Positions 13,263 to 24,639 of a DNA stretch of 64,000 bases are shown one piece after another. The position numbers and the translations under genes were made by a program. The DNA lies in contig NC_058368.1 of the NCBI RefSeq assembly GCF_018350175.1, positions 121,150,001 to 121,214,000 on the forward strand, written 5' to 3'. The stretch's first letter is position 1. Each line of letters begins with the position of its first letter. This DNA comes from Felis catus. Its lineage: Eukaryota. Below the pieces are notes generated by a model, which was given only the letters and a program-made list of their open reading frames with translations, made no database searches and was not told the origin of the DNA.

Positions 13263-14109
13263 TTCAGAGCCTTTACTTTTAATTGTTGTAGTTAAGCGCT
13301 GCCCAGTGTTGCTTCACAGCCAATATTTACTAGGGTTATTTTACAACTGGGTTCACTGTTGAAAAATCATGGCTTTCCAGCTCTCGTTTCCTTATTTTTC
13401 ATGAATACCACACTGACAACCTGTTTCAGTGGGTGGAGCTGCAGGAATCTGTCCTGATCCCCCTCTAACCCAGAGGCTGGCTAAGATTAGCAGGTAGCAC
13501 TGGATCAGGCAACAAAGAAAACAAGGATAACTGGATCATGCAGGAAACCAGGTGAACAGGAATCAAACTCTGAACATGGTCTCCAGCGTACTGTGTTTAA
13601 ACCAATGGTGCAGCACTCCTATGAAAACTCAGTTATCTGGCTTTATAAGTCCTTACCAAATCATACATTTACATACATGCCAAGTTTGACACATGATCTG
13701 TGAAGCGGTCCAATATTCTCCACCATAGGCTTATACAAGGTTTGTATAAACTACAACTTTGTAGTCTAAACCTACAAATAAGATTCAGTTTAAAAGAGAT
13801 ACTGTAAGTACAAGATATAACCAAGAAGCTACAATATGATAAGCACTCAGTAAATGGCAACTATTACTATTAACGTCATCATGATTCATAACCTTATTCT
13901 CTAAAAAGGAGCATTCCAGAGGGTCAAAAGCGTGAGGCATCAGAAGAGCTGAGTTCTTATTCTGACCGTGTACCTAATGACCCTCTAATACTGGTAGATC
14001 CTTAACAACTTGGCACTCAATTTTACTCATCTGCAAAATGGAAATGCGCATATTTTGCCTTTCTCCTCAAAGTTGTGCTGAAGACCCAATGGAAAAGTAT
14101 ATTACCCGG

Positions 14110-14515
14110 AGATCATGAAGAATGAATTCTTGCCATTTGCAACAATGTGGATGGAACTAGAATGTATTATGCTAAGCAAAGTCAGTCAAAGAAAGACAAA
14201 TATCAGATGATTTCACTTATATGTGGAATTTAAGAAACACAACAGATGAACATAGGGGAAGGGAAGGAAAAATAAGAGAAAAGCAGAGAGGGGCAAACCA
14301 CAAGAGATTCCTAAATACAGAAAAAAAATTGAGGGTTGTTGAAGGGGAGGTGACTGGGGAGGATGGGCTAAATGGATGATGGGTATTAAGGAGGGCACTT
14401 GTTGGGATGAGCACTGGGTGCTATGTATAAGTGATGAATCACTGCGTTCTGCTCCTGAAACCAACACTACATTGTACATTAACTAACTTGAATTTAAATA
14501 TTTTTTTTTAAAAAA
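14110..14515 (+). mobile_element. carnivore L1 3' end (ORF2 C-terminus and 3'UTR)
   Basis: ttgccatttgcaacaatgtggatggaactagaatgtattatgctaagc...gggtattaaggagggcacttgttgggatgagcactggg...taacttgaatttaaat. Confidence 0.9.
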
Positions 14516-15619
14516 GCAAGTATGTGATATTGCTTCATAATGTCTAAGTTACTTCACTAACATGAGGGGTTGTTCACTCCAGCTCCCTTCGTTATCAAAA
14601 AGAAACCTGGTATTATCTTTGATAAATGTGGACTGCCCATAACTTCACTTTCACCAAGGCCAGAAAGGCCAATGCATTTGTCTGCCAGAGATGAATTATC
14701 TGTTCCCTTTGAAACTAACAATAAAAATGATTAGAGAGTAATTATCTGAATTTCACACATTAAAGATGAGAGCATATCCTGGTGTACTATTCATTAATGA
14801 CCTGGCACATTAGATAACTGTATTTAATCTTAAAGAAAAAAAAAGGCATTCACAATCCCATCGGCAAACATCCACACATCTCTTCATTTTTGGAAATCAG
14901 TGAATATTTTCCAAGTTCTTCTAGCTTAAAAGAAAATCATGTATGTGCTTTTGATTATCCATGGTACTGGCAAAGATAATTGAATTAACAGACAAAATAC
15001 AGGTTTCAACTGAACTACTAGCTCGAACTTCTTTCCCATGTAACATTTCCTCTGCTTGACTTGCTTTTCACCATTTCTTCCCGGGACTCCAACCACTCAG
15101 TGTTCATGCTAACACACAAGGGAAAGGCAAAATAAACAAACAAACAAACAAACATTTTTTAAAAGCAGGCAGCAGGAGGGAGAGAGGAAATAAAACAAGA
15201 CAGGGATAAACCACAAGCTGAATAATTGGCTGGAGTAAAATGAGCACCTTCAAACACTCGGCTCTTTCTGGAAACAAAACAGCCAGTTGTCACATAATTT
15301 TCTAAAACGGCAGTCTGGCAACCTGAAAACCACTGCATCTCTATTAAATTTACTTACCGAGATAACCCAGCGAATGACCCAATTACAATTTACTACCCTG
15401 GATGGAAGGGAATACTATGTACGCTTACTGCACTTTCCAATAAGTAGTCAGCAAGCATGTTATTTTTGTTCCAGAAATATTATTCCAACAGTGGCTTCCC
15501 ATTTGGTGCACCTACAGCTCTGGTTGGTACTGGAGCACGAGCAATGTACAAATTTGAATCGGGCATTTTTCTATACACATTTTAGTCCTTAAAGTTTACA
15601 CATCATGCACAATACCAAC

Positions 15620-15955
15620 CTTATGGTCATTCGCCTTGTAATCATTGAAGAAAGACTGGCCGCCCGCCAAAGTGTAGGCATTGCCCTCTCTAAAAACGCT
15701 GATCCTCTGAGCAGTCAGCTTAGGGGAGTACGGTCGGGGCTTGGGGGCCTCCCCAGACCCGTAAACGCCATCCATTGGTTCAAGGGACTCTTGGAGAAAA
15801 CTGTGAGGGTATTCCTCCTTTGGCGACTCTAATTCCTGCCCATCCTCAAAGACCTGCTTCAACACTCTGCCACTGTAGGAGGAGGAGATTTTAAATCGCA
15901 CTTTCCGTGGTTTGCCGTCACTCTTCTGGTTCAGCTTCTTCTCGGAGTCCTCCAT
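15620..15955 (-). CDS. GRXCR2: GRXCR2 coding exon 1 (336 nt, aa 1-112)
   Basis: ATG at 15955-15953. Translation MEDSEKKLNQKSDGKPRKVRFKISSSYSGRVLKQVFEDGQ...NDYKANDHK matches the mammalian GRXCR2 N-terminus as I recall it. Ends at donor AAG|GTTGGT, phase 0. Confidence 0.97.
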
Positions 15956-16019
15956 CAGTAGAAATTTCACCCTGTGGCTTCCTGGCTTCAGCGTAGCCAA
16001 TGAAACTTGGGGCTCTGAG

Positions 16020-16110
16020 AAGAAGGCATTTTATTTTCTCTCCTCTTGCATATAATTAATTCAAGTTGGTGCTGGGGTATGCTCAGTTTACAGCAACTGA
16101 CACCCACACA
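16020..16110 (-). promoter_or_regulatory. putative GRXCR2 proximal promoter (AT-rich / POU-homeodomain-like motif)
   Basis: TGCATATAATTAATTCA at 16047-16063, about 100 nt upstream of the ATG; E-box CAACTG at 16094-16099. Confidence 0.35.
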
Positions 16111-17828
16111 TTAAATATTGACAGATCCTCATGCAAAGGCAGGCGATTGTGGGTTTATGGAGTAGAGAGAGCACAGCATAAGACAAGATTGGCTCCCCTT
16201 TGATCCCAAACTCCCCAGTAACTTCAACCAAACCCTGGATTTTCCTAACCTGAGCAATGGTTAAATTTATATAGACTGAACAAAGTACCAATTCAACAAG
16301 GGTTAGTTACACCATCAGCTAGCAAGTGTCTTAATATTCTTACCAACTACAATGACCTAGCAAGTATTTAATAGGTGCCAGAGATTTTTACACACATTGC
16401 CTTATTTTGTCCACCCCATAAGCCATTGGAAGTATAATTATCCCTGTTTTACAGAGGGGAAAGAGAGGCCCAGAACCGCTTCCCCATGTGTCTACTCCAC
16501 TGCAGCTAGGTAAGAGACACAGCAGGGATCAGAACCTAGTTCTGACTCCACAACCAACGGCCAGTCCACTAAGCCAAAAGTTTTCAAACTGTGTCTCATG
16601 GAGCCCTAGACGGGAGGAAACTACAGATCCTAGGTTCCAGGCCTTCTACTCCGGCATTAACCAGAGCAGCTACACTTCATTTTTATTTTATATTTAAGAT
16701 TTCATTTGCAAGCACAGCACTAGGCCCCATTGCCTATGGCAGATAACATGCAGTAAATGCCTGTCACTGTGCAACAGTCACTGAGAGGAATATCAGGGCA
16801 GTATGAGATGTGGGGCTTGTGAATGAGAGTCCTGCACTCTAGTTTAGGAAACAGACCTAACATATATGAAATAACAGCCTCCGGCTGGCGGCAAACTGTC
16901 CACTGCTGTCTCCTAGAATAGATATTCTGGGGAGAGGGTGGTCCCTAAGGAGACAATGAGCGGAAGGAGGAATGAACGGAGTCTAAAAGGATGGCTTGGA
17001 TTTGAAGAGCTGAAATGGTGGGGGGTTGAGACTTTCTCCTCCTCTTTGTTGATGATTTCATCACTCACTCAGTTGTCCAAACTGATTTGTCTTGTATTCC
17101 TGAAGCCATCCCTATGGATTCTATCGCCACTGCCTTCCTTCATCCACTCCCACCACCATGACCCTAGGTCAAGCCCTCATCACTTCTGTTTTCAAGATGG
17201 CAACAATCTCCTAATGACTTCCCCACCCATCCATTCTCCATATTGATGCCACAGCCATGTTTAAAAAAAAAACTATTTACAGATGTCAGTCTCCTACATA
17301 AAAAGTCTTAACCTAATTTTGCAGCAGGCAAAACTCAAAACCTGTCCCTTCACTTGCACCCTCGTCCTCTGTCACTCTTCCAGGTGCTGCCTGTAATTGG
17401 TGGTCCAGGCACACTGACAAGCTCACCTACTTCTTAGAACCACGGGTTTCTGTCTCTTATTCAGTGCTCTATTTCCTGTTTGAAATGCCATACTTCTACT
17501 TCTCCTTCAAGCTACACGTCAAATGTCACTGCTTCTGGGAACTCTTCCCACTTGCCCCAAGTCTAAGGCCATGGAACTTTGGACTGACCACCATTAAGCG
17601 CTTCTTACCTTCTCTTACCATTCCTTTGTCTCCCTGCACTGAACTGTAAATATCTTAGAGTCAGAAACAGTCTTTACTTCTCTATCCCTGGTGTTTACCA
17701 AAATAACTGGCACATAAGAGAACTCAGTTAGCAACTGTTGAATGTATGACTCCCAGGCAAGAAAAATCAGATAAATCAAACTTTTGGAACAGGAGTTGAG
17801 CATACTTCATGTGGAATACATAGGATCA

Positions 17829-18044
17829 GGGGCGCCTGGGTGGCTCAGTCAGTTAAGCGGCCGACTTCAGCTCAGGTCATGATCTCGCGGTCCGTGAGTT
17901 CGAGCCCCGCGTCGGGCTCTGTGCTGACAGCTCAGAGCCTGGGGCCTGTTCCAGATTCTGTGTCTCCCTCTCTCTGATCCTCCCCCATTCATGCTCTGTC
18001 TCTCTCTGTCTCAAAAATAAATAAACCTTAAAAAAAATTAAAAA
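17829..18044 (+). mobile_element. feline CAN-SINE
   Basis: ggggcgcctgggtggctcag head; TSD gaatac(a/g)taggatca. Confidence 0.95.
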
Positions 18045-18424
18045 GAATACGTAGGATCAGAAAGTAGTCGAGAAAGACATTTATATTTCCACTAAGGAGG
18101 GGTTTCACAATGATCAGGTCCTGTGTAATCAATGCAAGGAACAAGAAACACACACACACACACAAAGAGAAACACCATTGTTAAAAAAGAAAGATATGCT
18201 CATCATAACATCAGAATATACATTCCTCTAGGTTTCCTAGGGTGCAGAGCTGGCCCTGATGTACCATGAATGCACCCGTAGCCTCCTGTAGGAGGCTGAT
18301 ACATGGGTCCCTCAGCCCTCAGGACAACCAGGTAGGGCCTCAGGCTTCTAGGTAGTCATCTCTGACTACATTAGCCTCATTCATTTATTCCAGCATATAG
18401 AATGAATATCATTATCTTATATTA

Positions 18425-18701
18425 TCTCAGAAAAAAAGAGATTTGAATCAAGTAGCACCAAATTAGAAGTGGTTAGTAGGAGTGCTCCACCAACAGGAGC
18501 TCAGGGAGAGACTTTCTATAGAGAAAAGGCAGAAGCTGGAAAATTATTGATTGGCTTTTAGCGACTGGTTGTCCTTAGTGCTTTGATTTCATAACCATTA
18601 GTCATTTACACGCTTAGATTGTGGGTTACATGGCTCAGGCAGGCTGCCCCAGCACTAGAGCCACAGCGGTTTGATGGCCTCCCTGTGTAATTAATTTAGC
18701 A
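18425..18701 (-). mobile_element. ERV 3' LTR (3' end eroded)
   Basis: Begins TGCTAAATTAATTACACAGGGAGGCC right after the PPT-like AAAATGGAGGAAC (18714-18702). Contains CCAAT (18554-18550) and TATAGAAA (18520-18513). Confidence 0.7.
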
Positions 18702-18857
18702 GTTCCTCCATTTTGGTCACACTCTTATACACGAGAGATTGACCAAACTTCTGGTATTCGTGCTCTCAGTTACCACCAAAACTGAGTGGCTCTGGTCTCA
18801 TTGTGAAACTCAAAGGGAAAGACATCAGATCCGGGGAAGGATTGTTTTTGTGTTCCT

Positions 18858-19410
18858 CTCATTGTTCATCTTGTTTCTGTTTCTCCAAGTGCAGTGAGAC
18901 CATCTGATGTACTGCTGATGGCTGCAAACATGCCCTTAAGACCTCTTGGAGAACACAGCACACAAGGGAGACGGAAGTGCTAACTATCAGGAGGATAACA
19001 CCAAGAGACTCAAGTCTACTCATTAGCCAGGTCATTCATGAACTAAACCAGCTGGTATCAAATAAATGACAAAATGTACCTAAAAGGGCATCAACCTATT
19101 TTGGCCAAGCAGCATATTTATTAATTTCTTGTATTTGGTATAATACCAAAAGTATTGATTCAGCAATTAACAGCAGGAGTTAATTGCTATGGCACGGACT
19201 CCTCTTTGCTCAGCCAAAAAGCAATCTAAAGCAATTCTATTATCTAAAACCACCTTAGCAGGAAAGTTAAGGGACTTTTGTTGTGCAGCTGTGGCCTGAT
19301 TGGTAAAGTCAGTGATAGTCACCAGAATTAAGAAGCATTGTCCTCCCGTGCATTAATAGAGAGAAAAAGCAAGCAGTAAAAAAAGCAAAAAGAGTAAATT
19401 TTTAATGCTG
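18858..19410 (-). pseudogene. retroviral env remnant (signal-peptide-like stub plus TM subunit)
   Basis: Translation ...QATAAQQKSLNFPAKVVLDNRIALDCFLAEQRGVRAIAINSCC* gives heptad, immunosuppressive domain and degenerate CX6CC. It is followed by an SLGVILLIVSTSVSLVCCVL membrane anchor. Contains stops and a frameshift. Confidence 0.88.
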
Positions 19411-19484
19411 GAGATGAAGATCTTGATCTGTGAACATGGGAGAGCTGTCCACTCAAGATGCTGTCTGCTTCTGGGAAGTAAACT

Positions 19485-19920
19485 CCCTCGTCAACTTTAA
19501 GTTTAGATCTCTAGCTGGTGTGCAGTTCCAAGAATCTGGAGGACTCCCCCCTTTTAAAAAAAAGTTTGTTTATTTATTTTGAGAGAGAGAGAGACTGTGT
19601 GTGTGCATGCGTTCATATGTGCACACAAACGGGCAGGGGCGGAGAGAGAGAGAGAGAGAAGAAAGAGAATCCCAAGCAGGTTCCAGGTTCTCAGCGCAGA
19701 ACCCAACATGGGGCTCGATCCCACAAACTGTGAGATGACCACCTGAAGCTGAAAACACAAGGTGGACACTTAACCTACTGAGCCACCAAGGTGCCCCTGG
19801 AGGAGACCTTTTTAACAGGGAGATGTGGACCCAAGATTCAAGTTCCTGAGGTTTGACTTGTATGTGGGTAGTGCAGAAGACCTGATATGGTCTCTTCCAA
19901 GGAGAGTTCAAGGCAGTCTT
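19485..19920 (-). pseudogene. retroviral pol integrase C-terminal (GPY/F module) remnant, split by a SINE
   Basis: KTALNSPWKRPYQVFCTTHIQVKPQELESWVHISLLKRSPP (19920-19798), resuming after the SINE as PPDSWNCTPARDLNLKLTR. Confidence 0.8.
19553..19797 (-). mobile_element. CAN-SINE inserted in the ERV pol remnant
   Basis: Head at 19797, tail at ~19553; degenerate TSD tggagga..cctttt. Confidence 0.9.
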
Positions 19921-21431
19921 TGTTACTACTGATTCCAAATCAGACGGATGGGAGATAATTGGAAACTTTAGACCGGAGAGTTGTAGCCAGTAGAATTCAG
20001 GATCCACTTCAGTTTATAGGTATATAACAAAACCTCAAAGACAATGAACAAGACTAGAATCTGATGTCTGCAAGTTTGTGTACAATTTCCAATGAAACAA
20101 TTTTTTTCCTCTACAGTCACCCTCATCTTTATCAAAGATCAACACACTAAGACTAATTTGTTTGCAAAATAAGTCTAGTCTCATTACATTTGGACTAGTT
20201 ATTTACATAAATGCAGCAAGCATAGTAATCAACCATATAGGCTCTTTTTAAATCTGCTTTGAGGGACCTTTTCCTAACGAAGCTTAGATTCGACTGTTAA
20301 AAGCCTCTCCAGACTAAGAAACCAAGCTAAGAATTTGCCATCAGACTTCACCTGGAACACTTACAGATTTGCATGAATTCTTCTCTTTTAAGGCTGTCCT
20401 GAGGGCTCCCAAGGGGCTGCCAGGGAGCAACCTCCTTCACCCAGCTGGTAAGTCTACAGAAAACCCTTAAGCAAGTTATCAGGCTAGTTTTTCCAAGGGG
20501 CTTTTATTGGCTGCATAAGTCGTCTTTGTTCCTTCAAACTGTCTGGTTATATGTGATGGTATACATATTCTCAAATATGACATTCCAGTCAAAGATTTGG
20601 TAATACAACCAGTGTTTGCAACTGTGCCCTGTTATAAGGAGAACATTTTCTACTGAACTTATGCAAATGATTATACTGTCATGAAAATAAGAATACTCAA
20701 TAGGTTTCTGAATTCTGGAGGGATCAGATAAAGAGTAAAAGTAAATGTTTCAATTCTGTTTACAAAGGCATACTTTACAAAATTACTCTAAGTCATACAG
20801 AGCTTAAGAAAAAGATAAAAGGCTTTCCCTAAATCTGGAAGAAAAAGAAAACCTTAAGGAATCAGCAAAGTTTCAAGGAACGGTTGTAAAAAAATATATA
20901 TATAATCATTCTCATCAATTCATTTAATCCCATGTAATTAACTCTTGTTCTGCTTGACTCCAGTTTTTCCATTAGTTCTGGATATTCTTACTCAGTTCAG
21001 TTTTATGATCTTAAAGTTATCAGAAACCTATATTCTAGAACCCTTTCCATGAATCTGTCTGAAGATGAAGTACCTTTGCAGAAGCATCAGAGTAAAATAG
21101 TAATTGTCTATAAATGACAAAAAGACTTTTAAAAAATAGCCATGGTTATAGATCTGATGAAAGTTCATTCAATTAGGAAATGTTATTTCTGTGGCATACA
21201 ATAATTTTAGATAACAGTTGAACAATGAGAATACTGACAGATTTCTAACAACTTTGAACAATTTCTAGAATATATATATTAGTAATAGACATTCATACGC
21301 ATATAACCTAAGAAGGTTTGTCATCACTTATTTGACAAGCTTCCCACATAATTTGACATACCAGATAAACCTAATTAGCTTAAAATTTCTCTTTTACAAG
21401 GTGAAAGGCTAATGCTTTGAGACTTTCTTTT

Positions 21432-21631
21432 CCTTTTTTAAAAAGTTTATTCATTTTAAGAGACAGACAGTGCATATGTGCTAGCAGAGTGGGGGCAGAA
21501 AAAGAGACAGAGGAGAGAGAGGGAATCCCACTCTGCACCTCCAGCGCAGAGCCTGACATGGGGCTAGGAGATCATGACCTAAGCCAAAATCAAAAGTCAG
21601 ATGCTTAACTGACTGAGCCACCCAGGCACCC
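21432..21631 (-). mobile_element. CAN-SINE in the ERV internal region
   Basis: TSD ctttgaga(c/t)tttct. Confidence 0.88.
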
Positions 21632-22709
21632 TCTTTGAGATTTTCTAACGACCTTCTGGAAAATCTCAAAGCTACTATGAGGCCAAAAAGACTGCATTCA
21701 CAATTTGATTTAGGGAAATTGTCAAAAGGTTTGAACATCTGGCTAAATAGAATCTCAGATCATTATAAAATAATACTTAATTATCAATTTAACTAAAGCA
21801 ACAATAGAAGATTTTAAAGGCAAATACAGAAAATGATGTAGTTGCGAACAAAATTTAGTCTTTTAGTATTGAGAAGGCTGTGTTTTCTTAAGTAATCAAA
21901 GATCTGACAAAAACAAGTAAATACACAGTAAATTATTTTGGTAAAACTCAAACTCTTTGTTTTCCAGATTGATTACCCAAAAGTTTAAAACAAAAAACAA
22001 TAAATTGCATACACTTCTTATCAAGAGAAGATCAATATTCCAAGAAAAATTTGTCCTTTTAATAGAGAGAAAGGCCAAATTCCAATTTTGTACCAGTGTA
22101 CTTCTGATACTGAAACTCACTCTTTAAAATCGTGAGCACATCCATTCCCATTTTAGTCAGATTAACCGCATATAAAATTTCTCTTCCAAGATTTCTCTTC
22201 CACAAACCTGATAAAACTCCTTTTATATCCATTCAGGTTTTGGCCTATGGCTTTCTCTTTCTCATTCTGGAACAACTGGTCATTCCACTTTCCCTACCTA
22301 CTTTCCATGTATAGTTGTTTCCTTTTACCCTTATTATTTCTAAGTGGTTTTAATTACATGCATTAATTAGATTTCTTAAAACTTAAAATCCTTCATTCCT
22401 ACTGAAAACTAAGAAGTAAGAAGTTCTGGATTGTCTGTCACACTAGCATTCTGTGGAATTGCAAATTTAATAAATCTTTTTCACAATTTCTAGAAGTATA
22501 TGCTTCCTCACAGGCAAATTCTCAATGTGGCACAAAACATGTTTACTAAAAGACCCTAGCATCTTTAAAAGGAAGGCAAAAGTGGATAAACCTATGTTCG
22601 GTAATTATTTTTTCAGTACTTTATCTTATTTGGGAATGATGCATATTCATCACTTAACTTATTTCACTATATCTTTATGGTTTTAAGTTACCAAAAAGAT
22701 TTTGGAACC

Positions 22710-23166
22710 TTTTTTTTTTTTTTTTTTTTTTTTTTAGAAAGACAGAGAGAAAACACATGAGCAGGGGGAGAGGAGCAGAGGTAGAAACAGAGAGACAGAA
22801 ATAATCTTTTTTTTTTTAAATTTTTTTTAATGTTTTATTTATTTTTGAGACAGAGAGAGACAGAGCATGAACGGGGGAGGGTCCAAGAGAGAGGGAGACA
22901 CAGAATCCGAAGCAGGCTCCAGGCTCTGAGCTGTCAGCACAGAGCCCGACGTGGGGCTCGAACTCACGGACCGTGAGATCATGACCTGAGCCGAAGTCGG
23001 ATGCTCAACCGACTGAGCCACCCAGGCGCCCCGAGAAAGAAATAATCTTAAGCAGGCTCCACGCTTAGTGCAGAGACTGACTCGGGACTCAATCCAGCAA
23101 TGCTGGGATCATGACCTGAGCCGAAATTAAGAGTCATTCAACTGACTGAGCCACTCAGGCACTCCA
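22710..23166 (-). mobile_element. nested CAN-SINEs (inner ~22807-23032 within an older outer copy)
   Basis: Outer TSD aagattttggaa; inner TSD agaaataatct; two SINE heads. Confidence 0.9.
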
Positions 23167-23950
23167 AGATTTTGGAAACTATTTTTAAGTAGACATACCA
23201 CAAAGCATACTTATTATTGGGAAGTTCATTTATAAACTTCTATCTTACTTAGATCTGATTTACTTATTCCTAACAATTATGTTTCGATTACTTGTGAAAA
23301 TTTCATGAGACATTAAACAGCTAACAATCATTTTAAGTTATTTTTCTTGTTGACAGATTCTGTAACAGAGGTAACATGTTTATTTGACTTATAGTAAACC
23401 TAGGTAGCATAAAATATTATATTTAATGCTGATAATTCTAAAGATGTGTTTGAATTAAACCAACAAACTTAAACTAGCAATTATATACCAAAGACTAAGC
23501 TAGATCACATGACCTTGAAAAATATTTGTGTTAGTTTATATATTTCTGAGAGCATACTTGATTAATATAAATGCTTGTTTGTTTTTAAGCTAATTAAAAG
23601 AGCTCTTTACAAATTAATTTGGGCAATACCATCCAGAGATAGAAAAATATCACACATCTGTAACATAAACACATAGACATACACAAACATAAAGATAGAT
23701 GCAGAAATCTTATAACTCTCATTTTAAAACATTAGCCATAAGACAGATATGATAATGCAAAACACTCTAGTTTATAAAGAACAATGGAGTCTAAATTGTG
23801 TTTCTGGCAGACAGAATAAGTTAAGGTTACTTCTCAGATGGCTAAAATTTTACTAATGTTTGTGGAGGAGACTTTTAAGATTTTTATTCACCTAATTTCC
23901 AAATTATCACTTTTTTTCCCTTTCTGGTCAGAATTACCTACCTAAAGTTC

Positions 23951-24149
23951 GGGATGCCTGGGTGGCCCAGCCGGTTAAGCATACAACTCTTGATTTCAGC
24001 TCAGGTCATGATTTCATGGCTCATGGGATGGAGCCCCACATTGGGCTCTGAACTGACAGCATAGAGCCTGCTTGGGATTCTCTTTCTTCCTCTCTCTCTC
24101 TCTGCCCTCCCCCCTCATCAAAATTAATAAATAAACATTAAAAAAAAAA
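23951..24149 (+). mobile_element. CAN-SINE
   Basis: TSD agaatta..t.cct.aagttc. Confidence 0.9.
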
Positions 24150-24528
24150 GAATTATCTCCCTGAAGTTCACATTTTAAGAAAGGGCTCTGAGTTCCTGGA
24201 GGAAACAGGCAGAACCTTTACAACTCAAAAGCAAAGAGAAGAATGTATAAGTTTCTCCAAGGGCAGTATGTCCTCCCTAAATTCCAGATCTTCTGCATTA
24301 TCTGCAAGCCTTTTGAGATAAATAAGGGAGGTTTTAGTATTGATCAAAAGGACAGGTAGGTTTTGCATTGTTTCTAGAGCCAAATTTCTGTTCTCGTAAT
24401 GCCTCAATTTGTACAAGTACAGTTGTTCTTAAAAAATTGGGCTGCAACCTGAATGACATCAAGAGGCTGATCCAGCCATCCAACAACCTTATCCCCAATT
24501 TCCTGCTTTATGTCAAGCAGATCTTCGA

Positions 24529-24609
24529 CACAGGGCTCGAACTTACAAACCGTAAGATCATGACCTGAGCCAATGATCAGCCAACCAACTGAGCCACCCA
24601 CGCGCCCCC
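24529..24609 (-). mobile_element. 3'-truncated CAN-SINE head
   Basis: Only ~80 nt of the head; no CT tract or tail. Confidence 0.8.
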
Positions 24610-24639
24610 AAACCAGGACATTCTTGATGGTGAAAGGCA

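Larger units (their letters stand above)
18425..24528 (-). mobile_element. decayed class I (ERV1, MER4-group-like) endogenous retrovirus: internal region plus 3' LTR, 5' end missing
   Basis: Minus-strand order: gag-like remnant (~24400-24528), long AT-rich non-coding stretch, integrase GPY/F remnant, env TM remnant, purine tract, then LTR starting TG. Interrupted by several SINEs. Confidence 0.85.

Noticed and set aside
15956..16000. N-terminal extension MATLKPGSHRVKFLL in the ORF track
   Set aside because: It starts at a non-ATG codon (TTG). The first ATG is at 15955 and matches the known GRXCR2 start.
18858..19410. Possible domesticated env (syncytin-like) gene
   Set aside because: Multiple stops, a frameshift, a mutated CX6CC and a missing SU mean it is not an intact ORF.
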